The notes under the pieces: model-generated | What the model was told of the DNA's origin: nothing | Seen by the model: the letters and a program-made list of their open reading frames with translations, nothing else | The model's database searches: none | NCBI GenBank assembly: GCA_950097015.1 | Contig: CATNEN010000003.1 | Location: 15,066,001-15,130,000 of the forward strand | Direction of reading: 5' to 3' | DNA length: 64,000 nucleotides | Origin: Macrostomum hystrix | Taxonomy: Eukaryota > Animalia > Platyhelminthes | Part shown: positions 51,363 through 61,879 of the stretch, piece by piece | How positions within the stretch are numbered: position 1 is the stretch's first letter | How the letters are laid out: each line of letters starts with the position of its first letter | Program-made: the position numbers and the translations under genes

Positions 51363-51584
51363 CTGAAATATGTAAAAGCAAAAAGGCTGTGAATAGTTTT
51401 AACGAAATATTTTGCAGTGTGAAAAAAACTAAATCTATGCTTAATTGCTACTTTCTTAATGAGTAGTACAAAAATCTTTTTTCGCATATGGTTCGTTGTA
51501 GCCTAAATAATAATATCGTGATTAGCAAGTGAATAATAGGTAAATCACGACTAGGTTAGAAATATTTTCGAACAACTTTTTTAC

Positions 51585-51714
51585 CTTTAGCAGCTTCTGG
51601 AACCGAAGGCAAATCTTCCCTGAGATAGATGGCATCAGGGCATCGCTTTTGAACAGATTCAGCTAGAACGTGAAGAAAATTCGACTTGCCATCGGTCGTC
51701 TTGGTGATGTCCAA
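51585..51714 (-). CDS. GRID2IP: Delphilin FH2 exon
   Basis: LDITKTTDGKSNFLHVLAESVQKRCPDAIYLREDLPSVPEAAK, with the conserved FH2 Lys. Splice sites taatag| and G|GTAAAA. Confidence 0.9.
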
Positions 51715-51799
51715 CTATTAATTTTTGTGTGGAAGTAACGTGAAGGTTGTTACAAAAATCTATGGATTCTACGTAGTTTCATGAGACATTGATTACCCA

Positions 51800-52676
51800 G
51801 CCACGGATTCCTCAACGCGGATTCCCCAGAACGAATTCTCCATTTGGGGGGATTCCACAGATAAGGATTCTCTAGAACGCATTCCCAGATGGGATTCCCC
51901 TAAACAGATTCTAGCTCTTACATAATTTGCCGAGATTAGACACGGATTCCCCAAACTGGATTCCCCAGACAAGGATTCCCGAGAAAGGATTCTCCGTTTG
52001 GGGATTCCTCAGATAAGGATTCTCAAGAACGTATTTCCAAATGGGATTCCCCTAAACAGATTCTAGCTCTTACATAATTTGCCGAGATTAGAAACGGATT
52101 CCCCAAACTGGATTCCCCAGACAAGGATTCCCGAGAAAGGATTCTCCGTTTGGGGATTCCTCAGATAAGGATTCTCAAGAACGTATTTCCAAATGGGATT
52201 CCCCTAAACAGATTCTAGCTCTTACATAATTTGCCGAGATTAGAAACGGATTCCCCAAACTGGATTCCCCAGACAAGGATTCCCGAGAAAGGATTCTCCG
52301 TTTGGGGATTCCTCAGATAAGGATTCTCAAGAACGTATTTCCACATGGGATTCCCCTGAAAAGATTCTAGCTCTTACATAATTTGCCGACATTAGACACG
52401 GATTGCCCAGACACGGATTCCCCAACGCGGATTCCCCAGAAAGGATTCTCCATTTGGGGATTCCCCAGATAAGGATTCTCTAGAACGTATTTATAAATGG
52501 ATTCCCCTGAATAGATTCTAGCTCGTACATAATTTGCCGACGTTAGACACGGATTCCCCAGACACGGTTTCCCCAACGCGGATTCCCCAGAAAGGATTCC
52601 CCAGATAAGGATTTTGTAAGGGATTTTTCCAGATGGGATTCCCTTGAACGGATTCCCCAGATGGGGATTCCCCAGC
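51800..52676. repeat. ~152-bp tandem repeat built from GGATTCCCC subunits
   Basis: CCCCAAACTGG recurs at 51949, 52101 and 52253. Confidence 0.9.
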
Positions 52677-52738
52677 CACATGTTGGATTCGTCTTTGGCT
52701 TAAAAAACTGTATTTAACTAAATAATTGACTGTCCTAC

Positions 52739-53050
52739 CCTGGCCAGCGAAGAAATCTTAATCGCCTGCGCTCCGCCAATTCTGTTGTTGCCCTGATTAA
52801 GAAAATTTCCCATCGCTAAAATCATCTCTAGTATGCGAGCCAGCTTGGAACTGTTGCACAGCTCACGGCTCGCCCGTTGAACGGTCAGCAGGGTCTGACG
52901 AATCGATTCCACCTTCTCGGAGAAGTTCAGCTTGAAAAGCATCGCCCGCAGCCGCTGCTCGTAGCCAGGAACCCGAGTCATCTCGTAGGCGAACTGGTCC
53001 GGCTTGCTCAACTTGCTCACGGGGCCGTTGTAGTTGTCGTACTTTTCGAT
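52739..53050 (-). CDS. GRID2IP: Delphilin FH2 exon (post region, GNFLN motif)
   Basis: IEKYDNYNGPVSKLSKPDQF...RLRAMLFK...ILEMILAMGNFLNQG...IKISSLAR. Splice sites ccgtag| and |GTAGGA. Confidence 0.93.
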
Positions 53051-53084
53051 CTACGGACGCAGAAAATTGTATTGAATGTAAATG

Positions 53085-53520
53085 CCACTGTACAGGATAT
53101 CCCATTGTCTAAGATCCCATTGTCCGAGATGCCACTGTCCGAGATCCCATTGTCCGAGATCCCATTGTCTGAGGTCCCATTGTCCGAGATCCCATTGCCC
53201 GAGATATCCCATTGTCCGAGGTCTCACTGTCCGAGATATCCCACTGTCCGAGATCCCACTGTCTGAGATCCCACTGTCTGAGATCCCACTGTCTGAGATC
53301 CCATTGTCTGAGATCCCATTGTCTGAGATCCCATTGTCTGAGATCCCATTGTCTGAGATCCCATTGTCTGAGATCCCATAGTCTGAGATCCCATTGTCTG
53401 AGATCCCATTGTCTGAGATCTCACTGTCCGAGATCCCATTGTCTGAGATCCCATTGTCTGAGATCCCATTGTCTGAGATCCCATTGTCTGAATTTCCACT
53501 TTCCGAGAGATCCCACTGTG
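53085..53520. repeat. 15-bp minisatellite (GAGATCCCATTGTCY)
   Basis: Direct inspection. Confidence 0.93.
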
Positions 53521-53589
53521 CGAGGCCCCACTTTCAAATTCATCCTAAGAATTCGGATCCTAACCCCGCAGACCCCTAGTCCGGTTCAC

Positions 53590-53717
53590 CTCATCCGAGC
53601 CTGGAGCGAAGCGTATCATCTGCTGCAGCAACTCGGCTGTGTAGATGCTCTCGTCCATATTGTACAGGGCGGCTTTTAGCTCGGCTATCGGCAGTTTCAG
53701 ATGACCCAAAAGAATGG
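53590..53717 (-). CDS. GRID2IP: Delphilin FH2 exon
   Basis: AILLGHLKLPIAELKAALYNMDESIYTAELLQQMIRFAPGSDE. Splice sites tttcag| and |GTGAAC. Confidence 0.9.
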
Positions 53718-53785
53718 CTGAAAAGAAATTCATATTTATTAAATCATGAAATTGATTCTAAAAGTAGGATATTATTATTAATTAC

Positions 53786-54069
53786 CAATGTTATGAGCTT
53801 TCTTGCTATTCAGAATGCAAATATCCTTCTTAGCCAGGTGTTTGTCCACAATTGACGGCGTGTGCTTTGGCTTCTTGACCGCAAACTGGCCTTCAATGTC
53901 CAGAAAGTTGACGACCTCGCTGAGTGCCCTGTCGGCGCTGATCTGGCCCCAGATTGTGTCGCCGAGGTTGTTTAGTTCGAGCTTCTCCCAGTTCAATCGG
54001 CGAACATTCATCTGCTGACCCGAGCCATTGGTTTCTAGCCAAGCTGGCGGCGGTGGCGGCGGTGGTGGA

Positions 54070-54101
<32 letters not shown>

Positions 54102-54682
54102 AGGCGGAGGCGGCGGAGGGGGTGGTACTCCGTTGCGACTGTTTTCGGCGCCAGCTCCGGCGGCGGCGACTGTGCCCCCGATGCCGGCTTCCGCGCCGTC
54201 GACAACATCGTCCAGTGCTTTCATTGCCCGGAATGCTCTAGCGTCCAAGGACTCTTGGGCGCGAAGAATCTCGTTGGCCTTCTCAGCGTTGTTGCCGGTG
54301 AATAGCAGCCAGTCTTTGTCCGGATCAACTAAGACCAATCGAGCATTGGGCGGCAGTTGTCTCCGATCAAGAGGCTCGCCGTTCATTCTAAAAATCAAGT
54401 CGCCATTTTCTCGCCTTCTTCGATGAGCCATGGCCACGCCGAACGCGGTGGCGGCATTGTCTGGCAGTTTATCGTCGACATCGCCGTCGAGCAGGCTTCG
54501 CGCCGGCAGGTCGTAGACAATCGACTGGCGATCCTCCGCCTCCTCGTCCTCGTCGTCCTGATTGAATCCGTTGTCGTCGTCTTCTTCGGCGTCTGAATCG
54601 TAGCCATCGTAGTCGCTGTCGGATAGCAAGACTGCATCAACAACGTCATCGGGATCGTCTTGACGATGACGATGATTTGAAT
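53786..54682 (-). CDS. GRID2IP: Delphilin exon, acidic linker, FH1 polyproline and start of FH2
   Basis: Acceptor ctctcag|AT. Uninterrupted run of ~27 Pro, then MNVRRLNWEKL...TIW...ILNSKKAHNI (delphilin-type FH2 lasso). Donor G|GTAATT. Confidence 0.92.
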
Positions 54683-54735
54683 CTGAGAGAAAGATTTTTT
54701 TATTCCGAACAGAATTTAGGAAGATATTTCTTAGA

Positions 54736-55041
54736 TAATTGATAATTGATTACACCTGCCCCAATTGGGCCAGATGTGCAGCCGACAGCACAGCCGCAGC
54801 TATTGCGTGGCGCATCTGAAGACTGCGTACAGCTGTTCAGTCCATGGACTGGGCGGACGCCACACCCACCCTCAATTACCCCCAGCAGATGCTGGTACCC
54901 ATTTAACAGCTGGTTGAACTGTAGCAATGCAGAGTTAAGTGTCTTGCTAAAGGACACAAATTGTTCCAATGGAGTCGGGAATCGAACCCCGACCTTCAAG
55001 CATTGAGTCCGACGCTCTAAACACTAGGCTACAATCCCCCC
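54736..55041 (-). mobile_element. tRNA-derived SINE with CORE-like central domain (family B)
   Basis: Head GGGGATTGTAGCCTAGTG...GGTTCGATTCCCG. Body TGTGTCCTTTAGCAAGACACTTAAC...CAGCTGTTAAATGGGTACC. Short repeat tail. TCTTAGA on both flanks. Confidence 0.75.
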
Positions 55042-55254
55042 TCTTAGAACAGAACACTTATAGTTAGTTTTTAGAAAACTCCCGACAACTAGTTTTATTA
55101 TGCACTATATATAGCCACGCGTCGTCTGCGTGACCAGCGATCGCTTATTATTAACATCATTTGACCTTGAACACGTGACGCCATGTTTTCATGTACTGAT
55201 GATTCTATTTTTAGCATCTAATCGTATTAATCTACACGTTAATATAAAGACATC

Positions 55255-55452
55255 GATATGATAGCCTTGCTTCTACGCTCGTACTGCATCTCAGAGTTCA
55301 TGTCAGGCTGTGCACTTTCTCACCGTGCCTTGGGGGTCAAACCACAAGGTAGTAAATTGTAAAACAAGCACCCCTAAAGCCTTCTCTCCGGGGCTGCGGC
55401 TCAAATGAATGTGGCCTCGCCGCGGAATCGAGCTCGGGCACCTTGGTGCTAG
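55255..55452 (-). mobile_element. 5'-truncated SINE family C copy
   Basis: Minus strand GCACCAAGGTGCCCGAGCTCGATTCCGCGGCGAGGCCACATT...CAAGGCACGGTGAGAAAGTGCACAGCCTGA matches the 40.0 kb copy. Confidence 0.65.
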
Positions 55453-56404
55453 TGTATTCCGATCTAAAATGCAATTCCTCACCACGTTTTCTAATACGGA
55501 ATTGGATTTTTATCGTTCTATAGCTTTGTATCGAAAAAACGAAGCTTAAAATTTCCATTCTGCTCAATTTATATCACGCAACGATTTATATGATTACGAG
55601 ATTACTTATTTTGCTCTAGCTTTTCTTGCGCACACAGTTAGGCCACGGTTAAAATGAGACAGTTTCGTATCAAATAAACAAATCTGGAACATCGTGTTAG
55701 CTAGAATAGTTTGTTTTTATTCGGATGAGATAATCACAAAATGAAAATAAGGTTGTTGTCTTCTGAGTCTATTTGTTTGGTAGAAGAAAAATGATTAGGG
55801 AAAATGATGGTGAGTTTCTAATTGTTTGCGTTATTCGCATAGCCTTTCCGGCTTTTGGTCGTGAAGCAACGATAAGAGCACTTTTTTAAATTGGAAAATC
55901 GAATGAAGATATTCTTAAGTAAAGTTTTCGAGCAGATAAAAGTAATGGACGGTAGAAATTTGAAGTCGTTGAAATGTGAAGAAAATGTGTAGAAATATTA
56001 ATTTTTAGCTTGACCAAAGTTGATTATTTTTTTCGACTAATTTTCTTTTACTGGGTACTGGAAATATCCTGTTTCATTTTTGTCAGTGGCTTTCGTTGTG
56101 TGCGCAAATGAATTTGTTCATTCCCTTTCCCAACCTCAACAAGCTGTTGTGATATGATTGTGAGTTACAAGAAAAATAGATAAACGATAAACACATGATG
56201 CCAATCGTTTGATGATATTGCAGCTCCGCTAGTACATTTGTTGTGTTCTAAGACTGTCTAAGAGCTTGCGTGAAAACTGAAAAAATATTTGTTTTGATCG
56301 AGCAATAATAATTGCAGCTCAGTAGAACTTGTAGCTAAAATATAATGCTCTTTCTTATTACTAAAACATTTTCCTCTGTCTAAGCTTCTTTGACAAGCAG
56401 AATT

Positions 56405-57192
56405 AACACCTGTAACACCCCAGTCTAACAGGTAACACCAAAGTCTAACAGGTAACACCCCAGTCTAACAGGTAACACCCCAGTCTAACAGGTAACATCC
56501 CAGTCTAACAGGTAACATCCCAGTCTAACAGGTAACACCCCAGTCTAACAGGTAACACCCCAGTCTAACAGGTAACACCCCAGTCTAACAGGTAACACCC
56601 CAGTCTAACAGGTAACGCCCCAGTCTAACAGGTAACACCCCAGTCTAACAGGTAACATCCCAGTCTAACAGGTAACATCCCAGTCTAACAGGTAACACCC
56701 CAGTCTAACAGGTAACACCCCAGTCTAACAGGTAACACCCCAGTCTAACAGGTAACACCCCAGTCTAACAGGTAACACCCCAGTCTAACAGGTAACGCCC
56801 CAGTCTAACAGGTAACACCCCAGTCTAACAGGTAACATCCCAGTCTAACAGGTAACACCCCAGTCTAACAGGTAACACCCCAGTCTAACAGGTAACATCC
56901 CAGTCTAACAGGTAACATCCCAGTCTAACAGGTAACACCCCAGTCTAACAGGTAACACCCCAGTCTAACAGGTAACACCCCAGTCTAACAGATAACACCC
57001 CAGTCTAACAGGTAACGCCCCAGTCTAACAGGTAACACCCCAGTCTAACAGGTAACATCCCAGTCTAACAGGTAACACCCCAGTCTAACAGGTAACATCC
57101 CAGTCTAACAGATAACATCCCAGTCTAACAGATAACACCCCAGTCTAACAGGTAACACCCCCGTTAAACAGACAAGACCCCAGTCTAACAGG
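56405..57192. repeat. 20-bp minisatellite (CAGTCTAACAGGTAACAYCC)
   Basis: Direct inspection. Confidence 0.97.
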
Positions 57193-57797
57193 GTAAAATT
57201 CCTGTGTAACTGGTAGCACAGTATCTAACAGTATTTGGCAAAGAATCAACGAAGCTTGTTAATTTAGCAAAAGCCATTGACATTTTGTGTCATTTTTCTG
57301 CTGTGACCAAAAATCTTTTCTCCTAGCTAGACTTGAACTTAATAACCATCAACTTTGGCCAACACAGCGTCAGTTTGTGAACCTTAACTTTATCTGTTGA
57401 TTGTGATCTCGTATTGTGAATCGTTTGACAATAAAAATCAATAGCTGTTTTCGACTCAATCGAAATTGTTTTTTTTCATGCTACTTAATCGCGGCTAAGT
57501 AGTATAGGTGAAACATTTCGTGACATTAACCGCTGCGTGATATCGTGAAAACAGAATTTTAACTTGAAAACTTTTTTTGTGAATATTTATACCTCGCTAG
57601 GCTTATCTAGGCTTATCGAATCCTAGACCGTTTTTGAGTTATTTTACTCAAAATAACTATTGCTCATGAGTAGCTAGGAAATGTGATGGTGCGAGCTGTC
57701 GGCTCATCCATAGCGACACCGGACTCCTTGCTGCTGACTGCCCTGTGTCGAGGGTTCGACGCTGTGTTTGAGCCTCTGATGACTGTTTTTGACTTAC

Positions 57798-57966
57798 TAT
57801 GCTGCTGCTGCTGCTGTTGATGTTGACGATGATAATGAGGCTGCGACTGCGGCGCTTGACGTCGATGCGGCGTCCTGCCGCGGTGCTTCGGCTGCACGCC
57901 GCTTGCCTCCAGCGGTGGCGACAGCGAATGACGAAACTCGTCGTCGCTTGATGATGTGAAGTCACG
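57798..57966 (-). CDS. GRID2IP: Delphilin linker exon
   Basis: Acceptor atcaacag|CGT. Encodes RDFTSSSDDEFRHSLSPP...HQQQQQH. Donor A|GTAAGT, phase 1, fits the next exon. Confidence 0.7.
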
Positions 57967-57967
57967 C

Positions 57968-58730
57968 TGTTGATTGGATGCATGGGATTGGCTGGTGATT
58001 GGATGGATGGGATTGGCTGGTGATTGGTTGGATGGGATTGGCTGGTGATTGGTTGGATGGGATTGGCTGGTGATTGGTTGGATGTGATTGGCTGGTGATT
58101 GGATGGATGTGATTGGCTGTTGATTGGATGCATGGGATTGGCTGGTGATTGGATGGATGGGATTGGCTGGTGATTGGATGGATGGGATTGGCTGGTGATT
58201 GGATGGATGGGATTGGCTGGTGATTGGTTGGATGTGATTGGCTGGTGATTGGATGGATGTGATTGGCTGGTGATTGGTTGGATGGGATTGGCTGGTGATT
58301 GGTTGGATGTGATTGGCTGGTGATTGGATGGATGTGATTGGCTGGTGATTGGATGGATGAGATTGGCTGGTGATTGGTTGGATGGGATTGGCTGGTGATT
58401 GGATGGATGGGATTGGCTGGTGACTGGTTGGATGGGATTGGCTGGTGATTGGATGGATGTGATTGGCTGGTGATTGGATGGATGGGATTGGCTGGTGATT
58501 GGTTGGATGGGATTGGCTGATATGATTGGATGGATGCGATTGGCTAATGATGGCATGGATGCGATTGGCTAATGATGGCATGGATGCGATTGGCTAATGA
58601 TTGGTTGGATGGGATTGGCTGGTGATTGGTTGGATGTGATTGGCTGGTGATTGGATGGATGGGATTGGCTGGTGATTGGATGGATGCGATTGGCTGGTGA
58701 TTGGATGGATTGGATTGGCTAATGATTGGT
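57968..58730. repeat. 25-bp minisatellite (GATTGGCTGGTGATTGGWTGGATGK)
   Basis: Fills essentially the whole intron 57967-58745. Confidence 0.95.
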
Positions 58731-58745
58731 AAAAGGGATACTCAC

Positions 58746-58807
58746 CCCAATGCTGGCTGGCCCTCTAGAGCTGGCCCCATCACGCAGGAGCGAGGCGGCG
58801 CGACCGA
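58746..58807 (-). CDS. GRID2IP: Delphilin small linker exon (62 nt)
   Basis: Acceptor tttttttcag|TC and donor GGG|GTGAGT. Phase 1 in, phase 0 out, fitting both neighbours. Encodes FGRAASLLRDGASSRGPASIG. Confidence 0.7.
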
Positions 58808-59160
58808 CTGAAAAAAAATTAAATGCGTGTACAATTTTTTAACTGTCTAAAAATTTTGACCATACAGTGTTATCTGGTTTGCACACTGCATAAAAAGTTT
58901 GAGCACACGGTCGAATAAGTTAATTTTACCACAGTAGTAAGGTTGCGCGCACTATCTAGAAAGTTTGAGCACACTGTCTAAAAAGTTTGAGCACACTTTC
59001 TAATAAGTTTGAGCACACTTTCTAATAAGTTTGAGCACACGGTCTAATAAGTTTGAGAACGCTTTTCAACAGTTTGAGCACACGGTTAAAAATAGTTTGA
59101 GCACAATGTCTAACATTTCGGGCGCAGCATTTAGGAGGCAAACAATTAAATCGGACTCAC

Positions 59161-59672
59161 AGATTCTAAAACCTTCATCCTCATCCTCAATGTCAGCTTC
59201 CTCGTGAGGCTGGTTAAACGGGTTGTAGCTGGCAACCGCAGCAGATGGTTGCCTGCCTCCCAGACTACTTGATGAGACTTGCTGCTGCTGTTGCTGCTGC
59301 TGCTGCACTGGACGCGTTTTTTTAGGCGTCCCGTTGTCTCGACGATCTCTGCTCGATGATCTTGGCCTTCCGCCGCCGCCGCCGCCGCTTCCGTCAGCAG
59401 ATCTGCCAGGCTGTCTCGAAGTGCCAACAGAAACTGGCAATCCAAGTTTCTCTCTACAGAAATTCTGATGATGAGGAGACAACAGTGGCACAATGTACAT
59501 CCAAAGAGATTTCTTTGACGGCGTATCCAAAATGGTCGACACGTCAACAATCAGACTGTTGACATCGCGGTGGGTTGAATAGTGCTGGAGGGATTTTTTA
59601 AGACGGGCCCGCTCTCGAGATGTGAGTAGATACTCGAGCTGCTGTTTGAATGAAGTCAAATGGTCCAGCTGC

Positions 59673-59704
<32 letters not shown>

Positions 59705-59960
59705 CAGCTGCTTTGACTGCTGTTGCTGCTGCTGCTGCTGCTTTGTCTGAAGCGACGGTGTCGAATGAGCCCTAGGTAATTGCCTATCCGGCGATGCTAC
59801 ATGCTTCAATTGAGCACTGCTCAGCGAAGACACTGGCGCATGCTGAGCGCAGAACTGTCTGTGGTCTCTCGGCAGTTTGGGCAGCAGGTAGGGCCATAGA
59901 CTCTGCTTGCTCGGCGTGTCGAATAGGCGACTCAGGTTGACTGCCAAGCGTTCGATGTCT
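59161..59960 (-). CDS. GRID2IP: Delphilin exon, end of HHD2, polyQ, HHD3 and linker
   Basis: Acceptor atccag|A after a 70-nt intron. DIERLAVNLSRLFDTPSKQSLW..., polyQ, then SFKQQLEYLLTSRERARLKKSLQHYSTHRDVNSLIVDVSTILDTPSKKSLW. Donor T|GTGAGT, phase 1. Confidence 0.85.
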
Positions 59961-60030
59961 CTGGATTGATTTTCGATGGCATTGAATTCGTAATCTTGGT
60001 ACTCAAATTGAGCATACGAGCAAGACTCAC

Positions 60031-60244
60031 TTAGATTTCCTGTACACCTCCAGGGCGTCCTTCAGTTTGACCTTCTCCGTCTTAGTCAGCAGTTCGTCCA
60101 CTCGGTCTTTGAAAGACTTGCCGCTTTCGTCGTAGCCGAGGACGTGACCGCCGGATGGTGAGTCTTCGTTGGGGCCGAGGTGAAAATCTAGGCTAGAGAA
60201 TGACGGCTCCTTCTGGTGACGATGTCCGTTCGACTGGCTCGGAC
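60031..60244 (-). CDS. GRID2IP: Delphilin exon, linker and start of second HHD
   Basis: Acceptor cccgcag|GT (an alternative in-phase acceptor exists at 60262). Encodes ...SFKDRVDELLTKTEKVKLKDALEVYRKS. Donor AA|GTGAGT, phase 2. Confidence 0.8.
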
Positions 60245-60319
60245 CTGCGGGTGCAGCGATTGCTGAAGACGAATTTTTGCTGAAGGGATTCTTAGAAAAT
60301 ACCTTCGTCTCCGATTTCT

Positions 60320-60785
60320 CATGTGTCTCATGTTTCTCACGTGTCGATTCTCTAGTTTCTCACGTGTCTATTCTGTAGTTTCTCACGTGTCTATTCTCTA
60401 GTTTCTCACGTGTCTATTCTCTAGTTTCTCATGTGTCTATTCTCTAGTTTCTCATGTGTCTATTCTCTAGTTTCTCATGTGTCTATTCTCTAGTTTCTCA
60501 TGTGTCTACTCTCTAGTTTCTCACGCGTCTATTATCTAGTTTCTCATGTGTCTATTCTCTAGTTTCTCAAGTGTCTATTCTCTAGTTTCTCGCGTGTCTA
60601 TTCTCTAGTTTCTCACGAGTCTATTCTCTAGTTTCTCACGCGTCTATTCTCTAGTTTCTCACGTGTCTATTCTCTAGTTTCTCGCGTGTCTATTCTCTAG
60701 TTTCTCACGAGTCTATTCTCTAGTTTCTCACGTGTCTATTCTCTAGTTTCTCACGTGTCTATTCTTTAGTTTCTCATGTGTCTAA
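60320..60785. repeat. 23-bp minisatellite (TCTCTAGTTTCTCAYGTGTCTAT)
   Basis: Direct inspection. Confidence 0.93.
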
Positions 60786-60899
60786 TCCTCAGTTTCATGA
60801 ATATCATTGCCTGTTTCTTTAATCCCTGGATAATAATTATAAAGTTCATTTTTAATTCCATCCACTCTAGCAATATTTCACGAAATGCAAAGCACCAAC

Positions 60900-61159
60900 C
60901 GGCCGTCGCTGCCGATAACTCGGCAGTCTGGCAGACCTCGAGTGTCGGCTTTGAGCCGCTGTTCTGAAGCAGTTCAACAAGATGATTGTGGCCGCACTGT
61001 GACACATCCAGACCGTTTAGCTTCAGAATACAATCGCCGGGTTTCAATCCAGAACGGGCGGCGCATCCGGTCACCTCGACGGATTCGACAAACACCGGAC
61101 GGTTGCCGCGAAGGATGAAGCCGAAACTGCCGCTTTGACTGCGGTCGATTGTGAGTGTG
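60900..61159 (-). CDS. GRID2IP: Delphilin exon, PDZ domain
   Basis: Acceptor ttgcag|C. TLTIDRSQSGSFGFILRGNRPVFVESVEVTGCAARSGLKPGDCILKLNGLDV is a classic PDZ. Probable donor G|GTTGGT, phase 1. Confidence 0.85.
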
Positions 61160-61180
61160 CTGCAATGGGATGCAAATTTG

Positions 61181-61475
61181 TGGGACTGAGGAACTGAGGG
61201 ACTGAGGAATTGAGGAACTGAGGGACTGAGGGACTGAGGGACTGAGGGACTGAGGGACTGAGGGACTGAGGGACTGAGGGACTGAGGGACTGAAGGACTG
61301 AGGGACTGAGGGACTGAGTGACTGAGGGACTGAGGGACTGAGGGACTGAGGGACTGAGGGACTGAGGGACTGAGGAACTGAGGGACTGAGGGACTGAGGA
61401 ACTGAGGAACTGAGGGACTGAGGGACTGAGGGACTGAGGGACTGAGGGACTGAGGGACTGAGGGACTGAGGGACC
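61181..61475. repeat. 8-bp repeat (GGGACTGA)n
   Basis: Fills the intron between the HHD and PDZ exons. Confidence 0.96.
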
Positions 61476-61515
61476 GTGAGCCAGATTGGACAGCAAAGGA
61501 CAGCGCAGGTCTAAC

Positions 61516-61841
61516 CGTCTGGCAGATGGATCAAAGTGCAGAGGCACTTCGGACGCCAGCGTGGGCTGATAAGCTGACTTAAGCGTCGATTTCACCGACT
61601 CCATCGAGCCTGTGCTGGCTCGCATTAGTGGGTCCTGCGTCAGCAGCCGATCATACACTGGCAGGTGACGGTCTGGCACGAAGGCGCGAATCTCCTGCAC
61701 AATGGGCCGGTGCTCCGGGGCTGTCAGCAGCGACTGTAGAGTGCCGGCGAATTTCTGGACATTGCGATCTTCGGCGTATTGCTTCATGAGGCCGACGACG
61801 TACATCTTCTTGTCGTGATCGCCGCCAAGGATGCTGTTTAG
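61516..61841 (-). CDS. GRID2IP: Delphilin formin exon, harmonin-homology domain (HHD)
   Basis: Acceptor gcacag|CTA. LNSILGGDHDKKMYVVGLMKQYAEDRNVQKFAGTLQSLLTAPEHRPIVQEIRAFVPDRHLPVYD is HHD-like. Donor CG|GTTAGA, phase 2. Confidence 0.8.
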
Positions 61842-61879
61842 CTGTGCGGAACAACAGATAAAATTTTGTTGAGTCTGGT

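Noticed and set aside
54028-54426. Plus-strand poly-Gly ORF
   Set aside because: Antisense shadow of the FH1 polyproline exon.
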